From contig NW_024704742.1 in the NCBI RefSeq assembly GCF_018977255.1, positions 114,702,001 to 114,766,000 on the forward strand: 64,000 bases of DNA, given 5' to 3'. This DNA is from Callorhinchus milii. Taxonomy: Eukaryota. The notes beneath the pieces were generated by a model. The model saw nothing but the letters and a program-made list of their open reading frames with translations. It was not told the DNA's origin and ran no database searches. The position numbers were made by a program, and so were the translations under genes. Shown here in pieces: positions 39,801 through 51,800 of this stretch (its first letter is position 1; every line of letters begins with the position of its first letter).

Positions 39801-42800
39801 ACCATCAGTGGACATGCTTTTAGCCACTATGCTCTAAATTCTACAACTTGCTGCCTCCTTGCCAATCTTTAGATCGCACCTGAAGACCTTCCTCTTCAAC
39901 TGTGCCTACGGATACCTCCCCGCTCTCTCTGGCTTGACATCAAGCTCCACTACGGTTAATTGCTCTGAGATGCTAAGCTCCATGAGACCGCTATATAAAT
40001 GCAAGTTTTTGAAATTGTTATGAAATCAGTAACCAACACTCCCAAATAACAGCTGGTTATTTGCGTATTTCTTTGTACTTATGAGTTCCTATACTTTCCT
40101 GTGTTTAGACATGAGAGAAAATACACTTGAGACAAACATGAACAAAATGAACCCGTTAGATTGTAAAACGCACAAATTACTTCTTTAAGTTTCCCACTCC
40201 AACTCTGAGTAGTGCACATCCTCTTCCAGGTAACTCTGCCCTTCCTGCTTTACTGTTTGTATTTCACCAACTTTTAACTAGCTTTTTGGTCTTATCTGTA
40301 TTATTTATCTTTAAAAAATTCCACCTTAGCAAGTTTGTTTTTAACAGCGGGTGGGGTAACCGCACAGTCTGTAAATGGGCAGAGGACAAATCGTAGAAAG
40401 TGCTAAGGAATTCTCACATAGATTTGCAAACTCTGAAACCCATCAGTTTTGTTCCTTAATCCTAATGCCTTCCAACACCATCATGTGCCTGACCTTCACT
40501 GGTGAAATAGTAAAGAAATCAGCACACCAATGAATCAAGTGTCCAGAGATGTATTGATCACATCAATGTACAGATTACATCCTTCCACAGAATCAGAGAT
40601 GGGCGGATTTTCTCAGGTCTTACCACACACCACCACCACCACCAACAAAATTACATTTGTAGAACGCCTTTCACGTCAGGAGGACGTCCCAAAGCCCTGA
40701 ACAGTCAGATGTTGGGGCCCGAGCATAGAGGAAGGGGTGGTGTAGGGGTGAGGGAAGGCAGAGAGGTGGGAGGGAGACCAAAGGCACGGCCGAAGAGAAG
40801 GGTCTTGAGACCTGCCTTGAAGGATGCAAGGGAGGAATCGAGGCGAAGGGACTGTGGGATGGAGTTCCAGAGTGTGGGGGCAGAGAGGCTGAAAGCTTGG
40901 TCACCGATGGTAAACACCAGAGGCAAGTTAACCTCCCAGGAGAGCCTGAAAATGCTAAATTGTGTAAAGGTCCAACAGGAGTAAATGCAAAGTATTATCT
41001 ATATCTCAAGGTCTAACATACAATGATTGCTAAAAATAGAACTCTTTTTAAATCTTTGCAATGGGAAATTTCATTAATAAGGCTTAGCAAAAAAAANGGT
41101 GATAGTGATTTTTAGTATTCAGTGTATAATGGATCCAATAGAAACAGTTAGTCCAGACAGGCATGTAGCCTGAATCTGAAGATTGCTTTTAGTGTGCGCG
41201 AGTAGGAAAGAGTTTATGATTCAGTGTGAGACTTTGCATATTTGGCATTAAAATAAAGTCGTCACTGGGTGCATGAATACCTAAATCACTAACTCAAGAC
41301 TCCGTTTTAAATAAATATCTGGTTAAATTTTACAACAGCATTTGTAGGGGTTTATGGTAGGCTGTAATTCAGCGATATGTGGTTGTGTATAATTGAATAA
41401 GCATTAGTGCTCGACAAGAGACGTATGCACTAAATATATAATTATAAGCTGCATTAAAAACTGTGTTAAAGTAAAATACAATAGGAAATTACATTTGTAT
41501 AGCATCTTTCATGTTGAGAGGACATGAAAGGCATAAACGTGAAAGCAGCAAATCCAAAATCCATCAGTCATGCCTATCTGGAAAGGTATTGTGAGTGAGG
41601 TGCTAGAAAGCACCAGAAGTGGAACAGTGCCAAGAGGTTAGGAAGAGGTCAGCCCACAATGTGAATGTCAGTCATCATTCAATCAAGAAACCAGATAACA
41701 GGAGAGGGAAACCAGTGATCAGAAGATGGGGAGGAAACAGAATGCCACCATTGAGTAAAACAGAGACAGAGGAAAAATCTTGGCAAGAACGGAAATAACT
41801 CATAACAAGGTGGTAAATGAGGACACAGATAGCAATGAGTGACAATCCCATGGAAGGGGAGCAGATTGGAGTCAATTAATAAACACAAGGAGTCAAGCTG
41901 AGGGAGCCAGTGTTAGGGGAACGGCATGGAGACACGAACACACTTAATGGTAGGTGAGGAAAAGACAGGTTAAGTTTTCTTTGGGCAGCAGATTCAACCA
42001 ATTTTCAACCATGCAATGGATGAATACATACCCAGTTTGTTGTTGGCCAGTGGATGTCTGACAAGCTCTGTACTTCTTTCTGTGCTTAATAGTCTCCGGG
42101 TTTAGCTTGTGACAATACACAGAAGCATTGATTCTTATTGCCAGTTCCTCACAAACTTTTCCCCCAGGAGGTTCACACCTCACTATCTAAGCTCAGAAAC
42201 GTATGAATGCAAGTTGGTAGCAGTGCATTCTGGACTCCAAAGTGTACACTGTGGATACGACTGGAAGTTAACCAGCTAAATCCATTACAAGTATGGGGCA
42301 CTGGTTAGTTTCCTCCTGCTTGTCTGACTAGAACCACCCTTAAAGAGCCATTAAAGAATTTTCAGGCTGATTGTGAACCTCAAACCCAGTGATATTTCTA
42401 CTACTCTAAGGTCCACTTGTGACCTAAGCAAGATCAATGCCTTGGAGTACTGCAGATTCCTCTGTTAGTTATTGGATCATCAAGTTCCCCACAAAGCTGA
42501 ATCAGCTCTACTCTCTCTTCTCCAGCCCTGTTACTTCAGAGTCAGCTTGACCCCAAGGTAGACCCAACTTACCTTCATCCTCCTCCATTCTTTGCCCCCC
42601 CCCCACCACCCTTGTTGGATAGCACAAGATGGTGAACAGAAAGCTGTATGTAGTCATGAGCAGCAGCAAATGAGAGGACATGAAGGGAGCAGGAAGCAGC
42701 TGAACCCTGCATGTTACCTAAATGTAGATAGGTAGGAGGAGGGACCAGAGGAATCCAGCTGGAGGCAGCCAGCAACCAAAGTGCAGGGGACCGAAAGGTG

Positions 42801-45800
42801 AGGAGGATCTCCGAGGCAATCCAATGCTGGAAGGAGTGAGTAAAAGCAGTAGGGGGATAGTAGCTGAGGTAACCTACAGACAAGGTAATGAGAAAACGAA
42901 AGATTGGATAACAGGGAACTTAGACATTTACATACTGAAAGATTTAGCATTGCAAAGAATTGCGAATCAGTTATGTATCATCAAACATGTATGGGTCAAG
43001 CACAATCTCTAGTTCGATTTGTTTTTAGGTAAATTAGAAAATGAATTGTACCGCACAAAGTCTCAAGGTATGTTGGAGTTCCCACGCCAGGGATATGCTA
43101 TCAGAAAAACAGTGATGCAGCTCGAAGCTAGGAAACACAATATTGCAGCCCTGAGATTGCTTAACATGCAATTCAAAAGTATATTTTGGGGTAATTATTG
43201 GAAGTTATTTTAAATTAATAAAATACAGCACCAATTTCTCTTGACTTTCCAACTGTAAAATCCATTGTAAAACTGTAGCAAAAAAAATCTACTTTTAGCA
43301 CTCAAAGTAAAATATACCCCATTTGTCTCTTTTTACTTTTACAATTATCCTGAGGACCCAATAGTCTTTTTTTGTTTGTATCAAAAGTGACAATTGTCCT
43401 ATCTGCTTTTTCCAATCTTGTCCCAGTGCCCTGCACCAACCCCCAGTTAAGAGGTGAGCTGCTTCTCAACCTCTCCCATTCTCTAAGCAGTTGACAGAAA
43501 GTCTACAAGAGTAACCCCAAAAGGGACTTACACTCAGCTCACGGCTGGTACCAAGAACAGTGTGAGAGGCGTCATGGGAGGGTAGCATGTCCTACCAATC
43601 TACACCGACAGTTATCAACTTCTAAAATTGTAACATACCTTCTGCAACACACCAATGCTGAGTACTGGTTGAGTAGTGGATAACAGAAGGGTCACAGCAC
43701 TGAAAGAGTACTGCTCCCACACAGTAAACAGATTACTAGTAATTCAGGTTCACTGACGCTTCTACTGAACAGCTTCAACTCAGAATAAATCAGCACCATT
43801 GGTATATTTTACTGCACCATTGTAGTAAAGACCTATTGAAATGGCCTTGCTTTACTTCATTCTGATGTTAATTTATAATAACCTTTCACTACAGTAAATT
43901 GACTGTTGAGTGTGTGGAGCTTATGTGACTCCCTCTTTACAGCAAAACCTGAAAAAAATTAAAATTGTGATGTTGGGGTAAATTAACATGTGATTGAAAA
44001 ATGCTATCAATACCTTTAAATAGTAAATTGTGTTTTATGCAACAAATTCACTAAACTGTTGTGATGACCCAGATCCATTCTGAGCAGCTTCAATAAAAAC
44101 CCTTATCTGGCATCTACCCAGCACCACTGATTATAGTGAGATGATCCTAAATAGTGTTTATTAATATCTGGGGAGTGCCCACTATGTTCTGATAATACTG
44201 CACATGCAAGCTTCAACTAATAAATGGAAAAGCAGACAGAAAGAGGCAAAAATAGTACTTACAAGGAGAATAGATACCTCTCAGTGAATTGCAAAGACAG
44301 TAACCATATTTTGAAGGCTTTAGTGGTGCGATAAGCAATGAAAACAATGCAACAATGCATTGCTGTCTAAAGCCTATGACTATATTACTGGCTGGTTTAT
44401 AATACATATCTACCAGTGAATTTTCTTTATAGTACTTTTGCTTACTTCAGATTAACAGGTAAGGGTTCCAAATATTATTTAAAGATAAAAATCCCAAAGG
44501 CATATCAATTTGTATTATGTGTGGAATGAGGCAGCATTAGATTTTGTGAGCTAAGGCATTAACATATTGGATTCTGATGCAAGACAATACTATCAAATTG
44601 TACAAATAACAAGAAAATTCACTCCCTTGGATAGATTATATCTACACAATATACATAATATCCACCAAGAGTCCAAAATAATTTCATAAACTAGAAAAGC
44701 AAAGTTTGACTGCTCTACAGATGCAACCTAATTCCTAATCTCCAGCCTTAACTCTTTCTTAGGTGTAATTTACTACTTTGAATGACTTATCTAAAACTCT
44801 TAGATACATCTTACCATGATGGTTGAGTAGCTGTTGTCTGAGGAGAACGCTGTTAACAAATGTTTTCTGTCGGATGCCTGAATACGCCACATGCAAAGGG
44901 TTGTTACAATTTTTTAAGAAACAAAAAAGTGAACCTTTTTTAATGTTAGGCTTTTTTTTTGGTGACCAAAACACCAAAATGTTCCTTTTTAATGAAGTTT
45001 ATAAAGGAAAGGATACAGTTATATAAATAATAAAGAAAAGGCCTTACAACCTCTTTCTGATGTAAGCATTGAGAGGTTTATACCTTTGTATAAACTAGCT
45101 AGTTAATAATTTACTCAGCTATTCACAAAGGATGAATACTGTTAAATGAATTTAGTTTTGAACCCAGAACAATGAGTAAAATTCCAATGCATTTTCATCT
45201 ACAAATAAACAAATAAACAGTCACCACACTTTACAGAAATTCTGTAAAATATTTTGAGACATATTTACTTTATAGGTAAAACACAGAGTAGTTAGGAGAT
45301 GGAATGCCCTGCCAGGAGCAGTGGTTGAGGCAGAATCCATATTAGGATCTTGAATTCTATCCTCTGAGGGATGGGGAGCCAGTGGAGCCGGGCGAGGGTG
45401 ATGGGGTCACGGAACCTGGTGTGGAAGTGGACACGAGTTGCAGAGTTCTGGATGATCTGCAACTTGTGGAGGGATGAGTTGGGGAGGCCAACAAGGAGGG
45501 AGTTTCCATAGTCGAGCCTTCAGGTGACGAATGCATGTATGAGGGGTGAGACAGTGAAGTCGGGCAATGTAGCGGAGGTGGGTGAAGGCAGTGCGGGTCA
45601 TGACACTATATGGGGGAGAAAGGACAGTTGAGGGTCGAACAAGATGCCCAGGTTCCCAACTGGCTTGGTGAGGTGGAGTGTGCAACCATGATCGCTGATG
45701 CTGCCAGTGCCTGAGGTGCTTCAGTCTTGTTGTCATTCAGTTGTAGAAAGTTGCCTCTCATCCAGGAATTGATGTCAGACAGATAATTTCTCAGGATGTC

Positions 45801-48800
45801 AGTTGTCCTGGAATTGAGGGTGGAGGCAGAGAGATAAAGTAGGGTAGACCTTGAGTTTTATAACCAAGTAATTCTGGGGGAAAAACAAAAAAAACCCCGA
45901 ACACCAATCATGGGTTGGAATAATGCTGGGTTTGCTTACATCACAACGAGGTGTAATTCCCTTTTGATTCACAACAAACTAGGGAGCAGCAGCCTTGTTT
46001 GTGTAATAGTGTGGCCTTGAGATACTACATCTTTTACAGATTCTGATAAATATAAGATTTTGAGACCTGGTATATAATCCTAGATACCTGGAAGGCAGCT
46101 CAAATCCTCACATAACTGCAGGGTGCAGATGATGTTACAGAAACTACTTGAGTTTTGCCATATGGTTTTGCCATATGCCACATCCTCTATTGTATTACAG
46201 CCATCAACCTCCACCCCCTTTACATCCAGCAGGAGCTCAAGAAACCACTGTGTAAATTTTCTTTTTTCTCTCTACAAAACTCTCAATTTGTATTCCTTCT
46301 GTTTGTTTCAAGATCCAAACCTGCCTAATTTACAAGGGGAGATTTAACCAGTGCAACTTCTTGAGTTTAGATAGTTGATGGGTGATCTGATTGAGGTTTT
46401 TAAAATAATAAAGGAATTTGATAGGGTATACAGATAAACTATTTCTTCTGGTGGGGGAATTCAAAACAAGGGGGCATAATCTTAACATTGGAGCTAGGCC
46501 ATTTAGGAATGAAATTAGGAGGCATTGTTCTACCCAAAGGGTAGTATAAATCTGGAACTCTCTTCCCCCAAAAGGCTGTGGATGCTGGATCCATTCACAT
46601 CTTCAATACTGAGGTGGAGAGATATTTGTTAGGTCAGGGTATTAAGGGATACGGGGCAAGGGCATGTAATTGGACTTGAGGTACAGATCAGCCATGGTCT
46701 TATAGAATGTAATAGAATAGGCTCAAGGGGCTGAATGGCCTACTCCTATTTCTATGTTTCTAGAAACAATGCAAGCCCCATGCTGGGACTTCATTCAGAA
46801 ACCTAATGAATTTAACTTGTCCTGTTCCAATAACATAGTTTCTATGATGCTCTCATCGTGGATTTTTTTCAAAGGCAGAATACATTTTGCCAAATAATGA
46901 TGCAACATCAATTGGCTTTCATGTTATTGGATTACTTAGCAAGACAGATGTACCCTCTTGTGGCAAATGCCTTCAAAATGTAAATGAATTCAGTTGCCTC
47001 TTGCTTTGAATTAAATTGAAGAAAATGTTCAGTGAAAATGGATCAAAATTCTGAACTTTGGAAAACACTGAGAGCAATCTCCTCACAGCTGGGCTATGAA
47101 CAGCTTACATGGGCAATCCCCTAAAGGTGTGTCCCTATAAAGGGCATTGCTTGTTGATCTTTAGATTTAATATAAATCGCACAGAAAAATTACTGGCGTC
47201 CATCTAACTGTGAGCTATCTCATCTTTATTTCATCTTTAATGAAAAACAGACACCACCAATAATAAATACGTAAAAAAAGGCAAACAAATGGACACTATA
47301 AGGTTATCCAAAATATAGGCTCACCACTACTAATCAATATATTTTTGATAATCAATCACTCCCTTTTTTTATAAAAAGTGTGGCTCTTTGACATTTGGAA
47401 TTTCCTGCTACATTCCTATTTCTTGGTCATGTTTGTTCCCATAGACCTGCATCTAGGCTCTCCCAGTTTGTGGCAAGCATGTGTGACAACAGATGCTCAG
47501 GTGATGGCAGTCATTGAACAACCTACCTTGATAACCTCTGGTCTGCTGGTCAAATTGGCCCCAACGCACGCTGGCTGGCTAGGCAATGTGGTGCGGTGCG
47601 ATGCTTGCTCATGGATTGATCTGTGACCCAGGTCTGCCTAAAGTCATTGAATTCAATCAGGGGAAATTTCTCAGTTCCTCAATGGAACCAGTTTGATGTC
47701 ATCTCATTGAGAGCAAAACTCGACAGTCTCCCCTCAGTGAGGTGATTTACTTGCTGAACAGAAGTATATTTTCAGGTACATCTTCTGAAGGAGTTTGCTA
47801 AGGACTGGTTTTGTCCATATAGCTGTCAACAGACAAGACCATTCTAGCCTCATGTCTAAGTTGTGAACACAGATGGCTGACTTTAAGCAGTTCAATGGGG
47901 AAGCTGTAAAACTGAAAATCCATTTGTTGAACTACCAAAGACCAAGATTAAGGGCATTGATGAAGTCACAGCCCACCCGTCCTGTTGCCTGGAGCATGTG
48001 TAGCAACTGAATGACCCAATAGGCTATAATGCAAATCAAATACTGTATTCGGAAGGGAAACATATTCAAGCAAGGGACTATCACAGTGAGAAAAAAGTTA
48101 ATAAATCTAAACCAAAGTAAAGTATTTTCTGTACCTCTCCTGAAGCTTCTTCGTAACTTGCTTATATCAACACGGGGATGCTCTGAATTTTCCTCTGTCG
48201 ACAGGGGAATCTGATCTGGGGGTGAGGGGCCTTTGCTGAGATCGAGTGGTACTTTAGTCGCTACGGGAGGTGGAGAGGTATTTGGGGTGTAAGCAGAGGT
48301 AGGATTGCTCAAGGTGGAGGAGGAGGAGGAGGAGGTGGAGGAGGAGGTGGTGGAAAGGTCGAGAGCTCCTACTCTAGAATTCACAGGAGAACTGAGGGAG
48401 AGTTTTCGAGTTCGGATGGGAGATGAGGTCCGGGAGATTGAGAGCGGAGGAGGCGAAGAAAACTTGCGGCACAATCGAGGGGATTTTCCATCGTTCATGT
48501 GCTCTGACCTGCTGCTCTGACTAGTCGCGAAAAATAGTTCCAGTGACCTGGGAATGAAAACGTTTATTTTTCAGATTCAGAAAAATGACTCAAATTACAG
48601 TAGAACATTTTGAGATGTCCTCCAGATGTACAAGGAGCGATATAAATCGTATTGTGTTGAACACCGCAGCATGCTTGGAGGTTAATGCCAGGTGTGATAT
48701 TTGGAAGTCTAGTGTCAAAGTGGGTCTGAACCAGCAGAACAAGGTAAGAACAGAGAACCAAAGAGAACCAAAGAGAGAGACACACATATGCACACGCAGC

Positions 48801-51800
48801 CAGCCCATTATCCACACTGCCGCTACATTATCTGCAATATGTTTAGTCCCAATTAGAGCAGATATTGAGCTTTTCTATTAAACAACAACAACAACAACAA
48901 GATTCCATTTATAAAGCGCCTTTCACGTCAGGAGGACGTCCCAAGGCGCTGCACAGTTGGGTCATGACCCGAGCAGGGGGGAAATGGTCAGGGTGAGGGG
49001 AGGGAAGGGAGGGAGCGAGGAGGGGGGAAATGGTCAGGGTGAGGGGAGGGAAGGGAGGAAGCAAGGAGGGGGGAAATGGTCAGGGTGAGGGGAGGGAAGG
49101 GAGGGAGCGAGGAGGGGGAAGAGAGTCGAGAGGGGAGCTGAAGGCTCGGTCAAAGAGAAGAGAAAATAGTACCCGTCCAAATCTTTCAGAACAAGGGGAA
49201 AACCACAGATGCTAGAAATCCACAGTAGGTCAGTTAACAACTGAAAGTCTTAGATTATTGTCTTAAAATGCAAGATCACAAGAGATGTTTCCATAAGAAC
49301 ACCCTTTGGCCCATTTGATCTCAACCTCCAAAACCACCCTATCATCTCCCCGTTACAGCACCATGTTGTTTCTTAAATGAGTCCAGGGTTCTGGCTTTTA
49401 CCATTTTTTCTGGTAACTCATTCCAGTTGAAAATTATCAGCAATTAATTTGCTGTGAATTTTGGAAAATTATTATATTCAGTGTTAATTTGCAAGGTCTA
49501 AAATGCAGAAATTTCAAAAGTGATTCTTTGGATTTCAGAAGCACATCAGATCAAAGGTCAGGAAATCCCTCAATTATGAACTACTTAAGTAAGAACTTGT
49601 GTATTAAGACTTTGCTTTGTTGGATCTTACCTGAAGGGGATGGAGGTGAATGGCTTCTTGTAGATATCAGTCAGTTTCTCTAGGACCACCAGTCCAGAGG
49701 TGAATGTACGGTAGGTGTGAAGGAAGGTGTTCAGGAAGTCAATGCTGAGAAAGCGCAAATCGGTTAGTCTCTCCAGAAGTCGCTGGACACTGGCGTAGCG
49801 AATCTGTGGCACTTTACAGGAGTTCAGTGTCTTACTGAAGCAGATATCAATATCATCACTGTGAAGTCGGATATCAGATCTGAGGAAATAAGGAAAAATC
49901 CTGGCATTTTACACTTTTGTACAATATGAGGAATATATTCTACAGCATGTGATGTAACCTCAAAACCATATGTCAGAAAGATTTGGGTTGAAGATTAAGA
50001 TTGACAGTTGTTTGTGTCGCATCATACAACAACAACAAGATTACATTTGTATAGCGCCTTTCATGTCGGGAGGACATCCCAATTAAACTAAACAGATTAA
50101 TGGGTTGTTTTGTTAATACCTAACAGGTGATAGGAAGTTTGAATAACTGACTATAATGGCAGAACCTTCAGTTTCTGTGCCCTTTACTTTCATTATTTCT
50201 GAGTTTTTTTTGTTTAATTAGCTCTATTAATTTCCTTTAGATTTATCGATTGCTTTGACTCTATTTAAAGGGCATTACAATGGTTCACTGTAATTTTTAT
50301 ACCACACTTACTAATAAACACCTTAAACCTACCATAACTGATGCATAAAACACATTATTAATCTATAACAAGCTAATTAATATGCTTTAACTAACAAACC
50401 AGAACCATACTTGCTAACAAACAGCATATTGTAATTACTGTAATTAATGCCCTGGCACCACACTTACCTAATCATGTGAGGCACTGTAACTTTTGAATTT
50501 TCTTCAAACACGTTGTTCATCAGACCATTGCATCTTATGTTGTCTATGCACTGTCAAATACCAAGGGCAAACAGTTAGAAATAAATCAATAGAGATACCT
50601 TTACAGGCATTTTGATTTCACACCCTGCAATAAATACCAGCGTTCTTCCTGGGTGGGTATTATGGAAGAATGATTTCAAATGGGCCAAAAGTCCTGTAGC
50701 TCAGTGGTTAGAGCACTCGCTTTGCAATTGAGAGACCTGAGTTCAATTCCAGGCAGGGCGAAACCTTGGGCAAGTTTCCTTACTCCACACGCCTAATAAT
50801 AATCCCTCCAAAATCAAAAAAAACAATAATAAATTGGTCATTTTCAATCTACGACTGTTTGTGGGATATTGCTGTGCGCAATTGGCTGCCGCGTTCGCCC
50901 ACAAATATACAGTCAATTCACTTTAGTGTGTTCTGTGAAGCGCTTTGGGACGTCCGCCCGACGTGAAAAGCGCTATATCAAATGCAAGGATTATTATTAT
51001 TAAAAGGGCTTCCTCATCTGAAACTCTTTTGCACTCTTATTTTCTACTGTTTAAAAATGGAATGACCAATTGACAGCCTGGCTATCCATTTGATTCAAAA
51101 AACTTTCCTTTTTCGGGTCCTAAGGAAGAAAATGGAAATCTAAAATAATTTTATGAACCACATGGTTTGCAGGGGTGGGTGTTCCTTTAACTTCTATTTT
51201 TTTCCTTTCCTCTCCTGAAAACTAATGTGCTCGGTTATCATTCCACATGCACTGACCACCCTCTTGTATGTATCCCAAGTGGCCATTCTTCGTGTGTGAT
51301 TGTCACTGTTGGCAGACATCATGTGTGGGGAGGGGGGGAGAAGGTATCACAACAAAGCCTGTTCCAACTTTCATTCCATATCCACATGTACAAATGTTCC
51401 AGTTGCTGGACAGCAATTAGGAATGGGAAACCTGGCTGATTCTTACATGTCTCCTCTCGAGCTGGTGAGAACTGAGGCCAGCTTGTGCCAATCTGGTGAA
51501 ATTGACTGACTGGAAATTATAGCTGGGATCATCCAAATCCTCAGCTGGATGCCTGACACATGCGAAACCCATCAGTGTATCCAAATCAGACTAAGAGTGC
51601 ACGTATGCCATTTAGACATAGAAATTTCTGTGTCTAATGGAACGCATACTCTCTCCCCGGAGGGACACACCCTGCTTCCGGATGTAAATCTGGAGGGTAC
51701 GAGGTGCAGGTTGTCAAGAGACAAGGCTTGGGGACCCCAGAGTGTATTATTCGGGTACTATTGGAGCTTAATCAGGTAAAACTGCATAGCTTTCCATTCA

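Noticed and set aside
41097..41097. Ambiguous base N (also at 58152)
   Set aside because: Assembly uncertainty next to A-runs; not biological.
47527..47637. Open 111 nt exon-like stretch (tttag...AAG|gtagg) on minus
   Set aside because: Open only in phase 0 while the host intron is phase 1; in phase 1 it hits TGA, and it has no recognisable homology.
48305..48520. Glu-rich plus-strand ORF
   Set aside because: Antisense shadow of the Ser-rich RASGRF2 exon.
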